The position numbers and the translations under genes were made by a program. A DNA stretch of 40,000 bases from Erwinia phage PhiEaH1: the sequence record KF623294.1. One strand, given 5' to 3'. Under the pieces are notes generated by a model that searched no databases, was not told the DNA's origin, and saw only the letters and a list, made by a program, of their open reading frames with translations. Shown in pieces: positions 18,799 through 27,062 of this stretch (positions are counted from its first letter, which is position 1; the number at the start of each line of letters is the position of its first letter).

Positions 18799-19170
18799 TT
18801 ATTTCACACGTAAGACAATCGTATCCTTACGCCGGTTCAAGAATTCCCAACGGCTGACCAGGTGGAAACGCACTTTCCCCGTGTGTCGGTAGATAACCCC
18901 TTTTGTAAATGCCTTCGCTTCCGAAAGCATCTCTTCGGCGTCCACACGACTCACGTCGAACATCATCAGGTCAGTCACGAAATCCATCTCCCGTTCCGTG
19001 AGACCGTACTTATCCGAAGACAAGACCGTATCCAGGAACAGGGTGATGTGGGTTTCTAAGTTCAACTGCCCTAACAAGTCAGGAAAGCGTTCCTCTATTA
19101 CACATTCGTATTTGCTGTACAACCGGTCAACGGGAATCAGAATTAATTCGTCGTGACGGTTACGGCTCAT
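18799..19170 (-). CDS. Hypothetical protein, start MSRNRHDELILIPVDRLY
   Basis: ORF track 18799..19323; the start at 19170 avoids a long overlap with 19160..19651 and has AAGGG upstream. Confidence 0.65.
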   Translation of the reverse strand: MSRNRHDELILIPVDRLYSKYECVIEERFPDLLGQLNLETHITLFLDTVLSSDKYGLTEREMDFVTDLMMFDVSRVDAEEMLSEAKAFTKGVIYRHTGKVRFHLVSRWEFLNRRKDTIVLRVK

Positions 19171-19651
19171 AGGCGATACCCTTATTAATGCAGTACTGCT
19201 GGGCCCGCCAATCCCCGAACATTTCCAAAATGAACACCTCACGGGAGTCATTGTAGAGTTCGTAGATTTGCCAGCGGCTGTGTAACGAGAATCGGGATGC
19301 ATGGTCACGGATGCGGTCTTCAATCCGGTACATGATGTCCGACAACGTTATCGACTCCTGGTCCCGAACCGTCCCATCTCGGGTTACCCCTGGGTACGGG
19401 TAGTACCCGTCAAACCACTTCTCTATCGCGGTGTCAACATCCCAGGTGTCAGCATGGTATTTGACGTTGCGATGACACTCATTCCAGAGAATGTTCAGGA
19501 GGGTATCCCGGGTGTCGTCGTAAGTAAGTTTGTCGCTTTTGAACCGGCGGTCAAAGGCATCGTTTCGTTCGCGCTCATGTATAATCCAGGCATGGAGTAA
19601 ATCCTGCCATTGGCTCAGGTCTATCTTAAAGCGCATTTTAGTACTCCTCAC
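19160..19651 (-). CDS. Hypothetical protein; likely internal start MRFKIDLSQWQDLLHAW
   Basis: ORF in a leftward block; GAGG upstream of the internal Met. Confidence 0.65.
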   Translation of the reverse strand: MRSTKMRFKIDLSQWQDLLHAWIIHERERNDAFDRRFKSDKLTYDDTRDTLLNILWNECHRNVKYHADTWDVDTAIEKWFDGYYPYPGVTRDGTVRDQESITLSDIMYRIEDRIRDHASRFSLHSRWQIYELYNDSREVFILEMFGDWRAQQYCINKGIAYEP

Positions 19652-20093
19652 TGTCGGCGACGTAGAACCACTCGTCTGTCGGTTCCGGGTCTTCCAGGCA
19701 GTATGGGCTGATAATGTTTAGAGGTATTAACAGTCGGTCAAATGAACGCCACAGTCGTTCGTAACCATGACGTTCAGCACCTCGGCCAGTAAAGCTGTTG
19801 GCAAAGGTCTGGAACTCTTGCCACTGTCGTTCAGGTAAGTCGTTATCGTCACTTTCATGCGAGTCGATAAACAGCTCGTAGAAGTTGGTTTCCCACGCCA
19901 TTATAAACTGCTCTTCCATTCGTTTGTCCCAACGAATTTCCAATGCGTTACGGCGGTAGAATCCTTGCATAGTTACCCAGGTTTCCAGCAAGGACTGATA
20001 GACCCATTGAAGGTCGAGGTTAATTGGAGTTCGGTCTAACGCATTCTGAAGGAAGCGTGGGACATCGAACCTATGTCCAGTAATCACGTACAT
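19638..20093 (-). CDS. Hypothetical protein (151 aa)
   Basis: Coupled ORF in a leftward block. Confidence 0.6.
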   Translation of the reverse strand: MYVITGHRFDVPRFLQNALDRTPINLDLQWVYQSLLETWVTMQGFYRRNALEIRWDKRMEEQFIMAWETNFYELFIDSHESDDNDLPERQWQEFQTFANSFTGRGAERHGYERLWRSFDRLLIPLNIISPYCLEDPEPTDEWFYVADSEEY

Positions 20094-20385
20094 CTACCTC
20101 CGTCATGCTTAAGAACCCACAGCTCAACTTCGGGTCCTTCACTGCGTGGACATACGACGGCAAATGCATGGCGCGTTTACCGTAAATGTTGCGCACTTTC
20201 TCGGCCACGAATAACTCCCCGCCGCCGATGGCTCGATGGTCGAAGCCGTCCACAATCAGGTCGTTGTCCTTAACCAAGATGTACAGCAGGATATCCAGCA
20301 GGTTATATTTTTCCCCGTCAATGAGTTCGTAGCATACCTCTTCTATAAAACTGAGTCGCCCGTGACACTCAACGGTGAATCTCAT
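20071..20385 (-). CDS. Hypothetical protein (104 aa)
   Basis: First gene after the non-coding gap; GAGG SD. Confidence 0.6.
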   Translation of the reverse strand: MRFTVECHGRLSFIEEVCYELIDGEKYNLLDILLYILVKDNDLIVDGFDHRAIGGGELFVAEKVRNIYGKRAMHLPSYVHAVKDPKLSCGFLSMTEVDVRDYWT

Positions 20386-20866
20386 GTAACGCCTCTCGGT
20401 TCGCCATAATCATCTCCACAACCCTCGCTGAGCGCTTTAAACTATCCGCCCTATACAAGGTTCCACATAACAGAGAAAACCGCGTAGAATTTAATACAGG
20501 CGGTTTCCTGAATTTGTATTCATCTGGATAATATATCCTTTAAACTCTGTTAGTTAGGAAAGAAAATAAAAGAAGATATTCTGGTTACCTCACCGCTCGC
20601 GCTCGTAAGCCGATTGTGTGGGTAACCAGGTATCTTGTCGTGCTTGTGGTCCCGTCCAGAGTCAGTCGCTGCAATAGCGCTTCGTCATCGCGGTTAACGC
20701 GAGTTCCCCGCTGGGAACTTAATGGCCGCAATTAAGCAGCTTGGGTTTTTTGGGGTACCTCTGCACGCAGGTGTTGACCAGACACCCCGCAGCTATTCCA
20801 TCCAGAGAACAACTACGTTAGCTTGCATATTTGTACATATAATAGACTAAACCGCTAACGGTTCTC
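20386..20866. other. Long non-coding intergenic region rich in inverted repeats
   Basis: No ORF over threshold in the track; contains several perfect stems (see finding). Confidence 0.6.
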
Positions 20867-21835
20867 TTACGAAGAGAATTTAAAGCCGTCGTCGTTCAGA
20901 CCAGCGGTATCCAGCACGTCAACGCTCTCACGTTGCTTACGGGCACGAGCCAGTGCTTCGAAGTTGTCCACGGTCTTTTGCAGGCCTGCAATCACACCCG
21001 CCAGGTCCTGGGTATAGATGATGAAGTGCAGGTCGTTCTTTTCAGCTACGCGGCGATACCCTTCACAACCGTATTCAGACGGCAGAGATGGGTTGGCACC
21101 GTCCACTGAACCGTGCAGGCTGGCAACCGCCAGTGGGTATGGCAGCGACTTCGCATGGCTGTAGTCTGGGGTGATGTCCAGCAGCGCAACGCCTGGGCCG
21201 TTTTTCACGTTGAAGAAACGGTGTACGTCAGAGCTGTCGAGACGGTCGTGTTCGCCGGAGTACAGGTCAAGGATAGACAGCAAGCCCAGGACCATCTGTG
21301 CATCAACGTCGTTGTCCTGTGCCACGGAACCGTTATCTTCGTAGAAGACAACCGCAGTGGATTCGTTCTTCTTCGCGATACCGTTCAGGGTCTGCCAGGT
21401 ATCCATGGTGTTTTTGGTGGTCTGGGAGTTTTCCGCAGAACCTACCACAAAGAACACGGTTGGTTTTTTCTGGCGCAGCAGTTCTTCAGCCAGTTTCGGT
21501 CCAATAACAGAACCGGAACCGCCACCGCCTGAGAACACCAGAATGTTCAGGTCACCGGCAGGGTGGCTGACCAGCACGTCTGGGATGGCACGGGCGATAG
21601 GGTGATAGTTGGTGCTGCGCTCTTTGCCAGAACCGTCGGTTGCACCCGGGATGATATAGCAGTCTTCATCACGGAAGTTGGAACCGCCGATGGCGCTAAA
21701 GTTTGAACGAGAGGTATCGACGAAGTGGGCTTTCACTTCGGCCAGACCCGCGAGGTTTTTCTTCATCAGCAGGCTGACAATGTTGATACCAGTGCCGCCA
21801 CAGCCATAGATGGAAACGGTGTTACGTGAGCTCAT
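20867..21835 (-). CDS. phuZ: PhuZ/FtsZ-like tubulin family GTPase
   Basis: GCGGTGINIV N-terminal nucleotide-binding loop and FSGGGGSGSVIGPKLAEELL, matching the tubulin/FtsZ GGGTG(S/T)G signature. Confidence 0.85.
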   Translation of the reverse strand: MSSRNTVSIYGCGGTGINIVSLLMKKNLAGLAEVKAHFVDTSRSNFSAIGGSNFRDEDCYIIPGATDGSGKERSTNYHPIARAIPDVLVSHPAGDLNILVFSGGGGSGSVIGPKLAEELLRQKKPTVFFVVGSAENSQTTKNTMDTWQTLNGIAKKNESTAVVFYEDNGSVAQDNDVDAQMVLGLLSILDLYSGEHDRLDSSDVHRFFNVKNGPGVALLDITPDYSHAKSLPYPLAVASLHGSVDGANPSLPSEYGCEGYRRVAEKNDLHFIIYTQDLAGVIAGLQKTVDNFEALARARKQRESVDVLDTAGLNDDGFKFSS

Positions 21836-21892
21836 TGTTTTGGGTCCTTAACACAAAGGTTATTCAAAAAGGTTACCAACGTTATACTTCTA

Positions 21893-21905
21893 CACAGTTA
21901 CTGTG
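21893..21905. promoter_or_regulatory. Perfect palindrome CACAGT-T-ACTGTG in divergent intergenic region
   Basis: 6-bp arms, 1-bp centre, between phuZ and the rightward gene at 21938. Confidence 0.4.
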
Positions 21906-21937
21906 ACATACGTACATTTTGAAACGGAGCGAGCCCA

Positions 21938-22768
21938 ATGAGCGTCATCACGAAACTCATCGCTGATGTCAAAGCGGAAATCCCCCGTCAAGTCCTGGAA
22001 ATTGCTTTCCTGGGTGACATGGGTCGAGAGAACCGTTTTGCCAGCAACCTCGACTTTCAGATTCGCCAGAAGGTCATTGACGCCCGTGTCTGGGTGGACT
22101 TAAGCCTTCAAGGTGCCGAAGAAGTCAACATCCCTCTGGCGCGTTGCGAAGTTGAGCAAGACGACCAGTACAAGACCATCATACGCATCCCAAAAGAATT
22201 GACGGGCGGGCGTATCATCACGCAGGTATTAGCGTTCAACTATACCATCAACGGCGTGACCGGCATGACCAACAACGGGTATAACAACAACTCGTTTAAC
22301 ATGTCCAACGAAGGAAACTCCCCGCAAATGAACTCCGCGGCAAAGATTCTTCGTTCGGCATCCCCGGCACCTATCCTGGGGTCAGCGGCTACCCGTATCG
22401 TCGGGGAGAACGTAATTCTCCTGAACGATTACATGGGGTCGGTGAAGCAGGGTAACATGACCGTGCGTGTGGGACATGACCCGGAACTGAATACCTTCAA
22501 ACCAACCAGTGTAAAACAGCTGTCGAAGTTTGTCGTGTACGCAGTGAAGGCGTATATCTACACCAACAGTGTGATTACGCTGGATATGGGTCATCTGTAC
22601 GGTGGTAGTGAAATCGGCCGTATCCGTGATATCATTGACGGGTATGCGGATTGTAATGAACTGTACAACACCTACTACGATGAAGAAATGATTGCGGTCA
22701 ACTTCATGAACGATGACACGCGTCACGGGAACTTCCTGCGCACCCTCATTGGCGGTGCTGCTTCTTGA
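21938..22768 (+). CDS. Conserved phage protein, possibly structural (276 aa)
   Basis: Rightward ORF with GGAGCGAG upstream of ATG and a terminator immediately 3'. Confidence 0.75.
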   Translation: MSVITKLIADVKAEIPRQVLEIAFLGDMGRENRFASNLDFQIRQKVIDARVWVDLSLQGAEEVNIPLARCEVEQDDQYKTIIRIPKELTGGRIITQVLAFNYTINGVTGMTNNGYNNNSFNMSNEGNSPQMNSAAKILRSASPAPILGSAATRIVGENVILLNDYMGSVKQGNMTVRVGHDPELNTFKPTSVKQLSKFVVYAVKAYIYTNSVITLDMGHLYGGSEIGRIRDIIDGYADCNELYNTYYDEEMIAVNFMNDDTRHGNFLRTLIGGAAS

Positions 22769-22775
22769 CAAAAAA

Positions 22776-22804
22776 AAAGAAGGGGCGCAATGCCCCTTCT
22801 TTTA
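22776..22804. terminator. Bidirectional terminator between convergent genes
   Basis: AAAGAAGGGGC-gcaat-GCCCCTTCTTT, 11-bp stem, A-run 5' and T-run 3'. Confidence 0.9.
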
Positions 22805-23353
22805 TTCTGTTTTGAACTTCTCGGTGATATACAACTTGATACGTTGAATAACCGCGTCAACATATTCACGATGGATACTGGCGTCTTCCAGTCCGGCGCG
22901 GACGGAGACGACGATGTTATTAATCAACCAACCGTTTTCTAACGCGGTGTCGACGAACTCTACCCAGTTAACGCGACTGTTGCGCTCCAGGATAATTTGC
23001 CCGAAGATAACGTCGAACGGCAACCCGTGCGTAGCCTTCATTTCGAAAACCAGTTTTCCAGACACCATGGGGTGTTGCTTTTCGAATGCCAGGTGTTTAC
23101 GGAGAGCCAGTTGGTAGTGCATCTCCTTATCCAGCTTCTTATCGGGGTACAGACGCGCCCAGTCCTTCGTTACGGCGTCGAACGCCACCTGGGGTACCAA
23201 TGGTCCATTAGAGGAGCGCGGTTGGTTGAGTAGCGCTTCATTGATTGGATTAGGGGTACTGGTCTGGCGGCGAGCATCGCTGGTGAGGGGTGGTGCCCAC
23301 TCGGTGTAGCTGGCTACTGTGCGCTGAAAGCCTTTCGGTTTATTCTTCTTCAT
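22802..23353 (-). CDS. Small protein with possible alanyl-tRNA synthetase-like segment
   Basis: VSGKLVFEMKATHGLPFDVIFGQIILERNSRVNWVEF is reminiscent of the AlaRS segment SGExAFxLYDTYGFPLDLT...E.G..VD..GF. Confidence 0.4.
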   Translation of the reverse strand: MKKNKPKGFQRTVASYTEWAPPLTSDARRQTSTPNPINEALLNQPRSSNGPLVPQVAFDAVTKDWARLYPDKKLDKEMHYQLALRKHLAFEKQHPMVSGKLVFEMKATHGLPFDVIFGQIILERNSRVNWVEFVDTALENGWLINNIVVSVRAGLEDASIHREYVDAVIQRIKLYITEKFKTE

Positions 23354-23684
23354 TACCCATCACCTCCGGTTCTACTCCTTCCGGTAAATCGCACGGCTCT
23401 AAGTCAGCCGGGTTAATGCCGAAGACCTGCTTGTCGAAATCGAAAGGACGGACATCGAAGTTATACTTCCTGAGGATGGTCACCGTGATGGTCCCGTCTT
23501 CCGACAGCGAGTGCAACATCACGCGTTGACCGGTCGTCTTCAGGCGGTACAATTCATCGCCGACCAGGTTATATTTCTCCGCGATGTCCTGAATAACTTG
23601 TGGTCGACCGGTAATCCATTCGTACCAACCCTTCTTCTGTTCTTCTTCCCAAATTAGCCACTTCGCCATTTTACTTACTCCCAA
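23340..23684 (-). CDS. Hypothetical protein; likely start MAKWLIWEEEQKKGWYEW
   Basis: ORF in a leftward block. Confidence 0.65.
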   Translation of the reverse strand: MGVSKMAKWLIWEEEQKKGWYEWITGRPQVIQDIAEKYNLVGDELYRLKTTGQRVMLHSLSEDGTITVTILRKYNFDVRPFDFDKQVFGINPADLEPCDLPEGVEPEVMGNEEE

Positions 23685-23698
23685 AATAAAAAATAGAG

Positions 23699-23716
23699 AA
23701 GGGACCGAAGTCCCTT
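23699..23716 (-). terminator. Terminator with UUCG loop
   Basis: AAGGGAC-CGAA-GTCCCTT followed by a T-rich run on the minus strand. Confidence 0.7.
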
Positions 23717-23724
23717 GCTCGAGG

Positions 23725-24081
23725 TTAGTGCGTGACGCGAGAGATTGTTAACCCGCCACGTTTGGATTTCGTCAGGTCGTAGTTCACTTGGGTGTACTTT
23801 TCCATCCCGGTAGCTTTAACCTGGGTCTTACCTTTCTTAGACTCCATGGTGACACTGAAGTCGAGGTGCATGGTTTCCGCCACGTTCATCAGGTAGTTCA
23901 GCGAGAACGTGTGGTAGCGCCCATTACGGATAGCGCAGATAGCGTAATACTGGATACCGAGAGATGCGGCGATATCACGCATGGTAGCCTCTTGCGCTAA
24001 CTTGTCGAGCAAGTAGCTGAGGCGAACACCGAAAAAGTTACGGGCTTCTACAAGAGCTTGATTCTTAATACGTTTTGACAT
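23725..24081 (-). CDS. XRE-like helix-turn-helix DNA-binding protein
   Basis: TMRDIAASLGIQYYAICAIRNGRYHTFSLNYLMNVAETMHL has HTH spacing. Confidence 0.6.
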   Translation of the reverse strand: MSKRIKNQALVEARNFFGVRLSYLLDKLAQEATMRDIAASLGIQYYAICAIRNGRYHTFSLNYLMNVAETMHLDFSVTMESKKGKTQVKATGMEKYTQVNYDLTKSKRGGLTISRVTH

Positions 24082-24093
24082 TAGTTCGGTCCT

Positions 24094-24582
24094 TTAAATA
24101 AGAGGTTGAACGAGGGTAGCGTTATAGCCTTTCTCAGTAGGAAGGCGATTTTGGTCATCTGCCAGAATCAACTGGACAAGTCCGTGAGTCGGCAGACAAA
24201 CTTTCTGGTTGACGGCAAAGTAGGCTTTCTCTTTGATGCTCTCTGGCGTCAGGGTGCGTAACATACAGCGGCGAAGGCTACTGCGGTTATGGTTGTCGCT
24301 ACGGCTGTCCACCACCTTGAACGTGAACGGAACGTCCAGCTCGAAGGGTGCGCCATTTACCAGTGCATCAATGAAGTCTTTCAGATACCGACTGGACTGC
24401 GATAATGCACTGGCTCCCGTAAGGACAACCTCGGGGAGTTTGAGTGTGGTGAGTCCCACGGTGTAGATAAAGTTATTCGCCCCGTTCTTCGGGTCACGGA
24501 CTTCAATCGGAACCCAGCCTCTTTCTGCGACGGCACTGCGAACGTTAGAATAGAGCTGGTCCAGTTCCTTGCGTGTACTCAT
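24094..24582 (-). CDS. DUF4262-like protein
   Basis: VRSAVAERGWVPIEV...NFIYTVGLTTLKLPEVVLTG resembles the DUF4262 core (GW...FAYTVGL...PEL...G). Confidence 0.55.
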   Translation of the reverse strand: MSTRKELDQLYSNVRSAVAERGWVPIEVRDPKNGANNFIYTVGLTTLKLPEVVLTGASALSQSSRYLKDFIDALVNGAPFELDVPFTFKVVDSRSDNHNRSSLRRCMLRTLTPESIKEKAYFAVNQKVCLPTHGLVQLILADDQNRLPTEKGYNATLVQPLI

Positions 24583-24617
24583 GAAAACCTCAGTAGGGAG
24601 GGAAGCCCCTCCCGACG

Positions 24618-25085
24618 TTATGCCGCGATGTTGCGGAAGATAGATTGCGCAAACCCAAACACGCGTTCCGGGTCAGTCCCGGTGGCGTTGTGTTCTTGCA
24701 GCGCCTGGCGGAAGTAGTCGCTCAGCTTACCGCTGCGACTGATGATGGGACGGTCGGAGAAGGCAAGCCATTCTTCGTCGTCAATGGAAACAACGGTTGG
24801 GGAACCCCAGACGATGGCGTCAAAGGTCAGACCGTAGTTGTTCTTCAGGTCATCACGGATGACTTCAGCGTAATGGCTGATGCGATGAATTTTACCTGGG
24901 CTGTTACGGGTTAATTGAAAAACCTCCAGACCGGCGTCGGTGAGGACAACCGCGGAGTAAGGCATGTGGCGAGCGTTGTGGCTCATGCGAAGGAGAACAC
25001 TGCGTTTCTCATCAGTACCAATGACGGAGATTTCGCGCAGCTTCCCTTCTGATAGGCGAATAGTGACTGTCATTAACGAGGACAT
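24618..25085 (-). CDS. Hypothetical protein (155 aa)
   Basis: ORF in a leftward block. Confidence 0.65.
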   Translation of the reverse strand: MSSLMTVTIRLSEGKLREISVIGTDEKRSVLLRMSHNARHMPYSAVVLTDAGLEVFQLTRNSPGKIHRISHYAEVIRDDLKNNYGLTFDAIVWGSPTVVSIDDEEWLAFSDRPIISRSGKLSDYFRQALQEHNATGTDPERVFGFAQSIFRNIAA

Positions 25086-25531
25086 GGTTTCTTACCCTTA
25101 CAGTTTGGTTGGCAGTATTTACCAAACCCTGTTATGGTTGTTAAGTTAACAGGGAAATCAGAGATAACAGGGTTAACCCGACCGCAACCTTGACATTTAG
25201 CCAGCCGAATATTGTCGGGGACAAAGACCATCAGTGGATTACTTTTAAATTCTTCACGGATGAGGCGGTCGTTGGTTATGGCGGTGGTTTCCCTACAGGT
25301 GGTGCAGTACTTGTAAATTTTGTCGCGGAACGTGAACTCCGCAATGTCGAGCTGTTCTTTACAGCACGGACATTCTTTCTCGGTGAGGACCTCCTTCACT
25401 TTGGTGACCCGAGGTTTCTTAACGTCCTTGTTGGCAGTACCGGCTTTGATAGGGGTACTGTGAAAGAACTGGTTCGGGTCATACTGGTTGCCGTTACGGT
25501 CTAACATTTGATATTCCTTATTAGCGGTCAA
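25073..25531 (-). CDS. Zinc-ribbon-like protein, two Cys clusters
   Basis: CPCCKEQ...YCTTC and CQGCG...YCQPNC pairs. Confidence 0.65.
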   Translation of the reverse strand: MTANKEYQMLDRNGNQYDPNQFFHSTPIKAGTANKDVKKPRVTKVKEVLTEKECPCCKEQLDIAEFTFRDKIYKYCTTCRETTAITNDRLIREEFKSNPLMVFVPDNIRLAKCQGCGRVNPVISDFPVNLTTITGFGKYCQPNCKGKKPCPR

Positions 25532-25555
25532 TGCCGCGATGGTAAATGGTGTTGG

Positions 25556-25948
25556 TTACAGCTTGATAACTTTGTCAACGAGCATGTAGGATGGTTCGTC
25601 GTCAAAATACCCTTCGCTACTTGCAATGCGGTAGTGTTTCCGTGCTTCACGTGACGTGGCCACTTGACCGGTTTTGCGATGGAACTCCTGCTGACGTTGT
25701 ATGTTTGCCAGATAGTCGACTTGGTGTTTGTCGAGTGCCTGAATGGTTTCTTCTACATCGGAGACCGGGAGACTAAAAGCGTGTGCAATCATCTCATCGG
25801 TGAAGTTGTTCTCACGCATCTGGTGAAAGCTTTCGTACGGGGCGTATTGTAAACCAGCAACCGCCCGACTACGTTCTGAGTCGATACGGTCCGACTCCAT
25901 CAGAATGTCCAAACACTCACGACGTTCGCTTTCGAATTGTTCGCTCAT
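25556..25948 (-). CDS. Hypothetical helical protein (paralogue A)
   Basis: Aligns by eye with the adjacent 25945..26406 product. Confidence 0.65.
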   Translation of the reverse strand: MSEQFESERRECLDILMESDRIDSERSRAVAGLQYAPYESFHQMRENNFTDEMIAHAFSLPVSDVEETIQALDKHQVDYLANIQRQQEFHRKTGQVATSREARKHYRIASSEGYFDDEPSYMLVDKVIKL

Positions 25949-26406
25949 GGTAGTCTCCCGAAACCATAGTCACTTTGTGGAGGGAAGTCGGGGTACAAGC
26001 TGTACATCGACTCATCAAAAGGTTTGTCGCTAAGGACGTAATCCCCCGCCCCGGCGTACGAGTATTCGCGCTCAACCCGGTAGAAGTGTCGGGTGTTTTC
26101 GGAATGGACCGACTTACCGTGGGTCTGTTCGAACGCCGCTGATTTCTCGTTCCACTCGCGCATTTCACCACGAAACTTCTTCATGGCAGCGAGAACATTC
26201 TCAATGTCATCGTGCGACATGGTGAATGCCTGAGAAACCATCTCGACCGTCATGTAGTTATCGAGCATCTTCTGGATTTCGTAAATCGGGTCACCTTCAT
26301 ACGGTGCTACTGCATTCTGATACTCCCGGTCTATCTTTATCCATTCGTTTAATAGCTCAACATATTCCCGTCGGGTCATTTCCCAACGGCGCTGGAAGAT
26401 ATCCAT
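25945..26406 (-). CDS. Hypothetical helical protein (paralogue B)
   Basis: Aligns by eye with the adjacent 25556..25948 product. Confidence 0.65.
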   Translation of the reverse strand: MDIFQRRWEMTRREYVELLNEWIKIDREYQNAVAPYEGDPIYEIQKMLDNYMTVEMVSQAFTMSHDDIENVLAAMKKFRGEMREWNEKSAAFEQTHGKSVHSENTRHFYRVEREYSYAGAGDYVLSDKPFDESMYSLYPDFPPQSDYGFGRLP

Positions 26407-26414
26407 GTTACCTC

Positions 26415-27017
26415 CTAGTGACAGTTAACGTGGTTGTACTCTTCGGCCATCAGCTGCTGAATACGTTGTTTGATGCCGTCGCTCTCAACGCCCGGGGGGT
26501 TGATGACATCGACAAACGTGATGCCGTGCTGACGCAAGAGTTCCATGATACCGGACAGCCCTTTCTCTTCCGCCCCTTCGATATCAATCTTCGCAAACGC
26601 TCCGCCGTAGATTTCACCCGGTGGAACATAGTGGTCAATTTCAATCTTCAGTTCGTTCATCGGAATGGAGTGGCGGAACTTGTGGTGGATGTTCCCGGCA
26701 AAGGCAAGGACCTGACGGAAGCCGTGTTCGTCAATCACCACTTCGGTTTCAATACATTCGCTGTTGATGGAACCGGCAGTTCGAGGGAGACGGAACTTGG
26801 TGGCGGCCTCGTACAGTTCTTTATCGGTTTCCCCACGGTCATCAAAGGTGACAGTACGGCGAACGCGGTTGGTAACACGCATTCCTTTATCGGTAGTCGA
26901 GTTTGTCTCGGCCTGAATCATGTACTGGGCATTACCGCGTTTACTGTTCAACATGGCTTTGGACCCGGCACCCAACATGACAAACAAACATAACTCTGCT
27001 TCTTTGGCAGTACTCAT
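26415..27017 (-). CDS. Possible CYTH-like domain protein (200 aa)
   Basis: ECIETEVVIDEHGFRQVLAFAGNIHHKFRHSIPMNELKIEIDHYVPP...FAKIDIEGAEE resembles the C-terminal CYTH pattern. Confidence 0.35.
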   Translation of the reverse strand: MSTAKEAELCLFVMLGAGSKAMLNSKRGNAQYMIQAETNSTTDKGMRVTNRVRRTVTFDDRGETDKELYEAATKFRLPRTAGSINSECIETEVVIDEHGFRQVLAFAGNIHHKFRHSIPMNELKIEIDHYVPPGEIYGGAFAKIDIEGAEEKGLSGIMELLRQHGITFVDVINPPGVESDGIKQRIQQLMAEEYNHVNCH

Positions 27018-27050
27018 GACAAAATCCTTATTAAGGTTAAGTTCAAGTAA

Positions 27051-27062
27051 GTAATATAGACC
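27051..27062 (-). promoter_or_regulatory. Promoter-like element GGTCTATATTAC
   Basis: 34 nt upstream of the ATG at 27017; near-identical element at 39378..39389. Confidence 0.5.

Noticed and set aside
20506-20538. Host sigma70 promoter with -10 TAATAT at 20529
   Set aside because: No acceptable -35 at 16-18 bp spacing on the plus strand.
26226-26993. Forward 255-aa ORF
   Set aside because: Antisense to 25945..26406 and 26415..27017, which have coupled starts, SDs and motif support.
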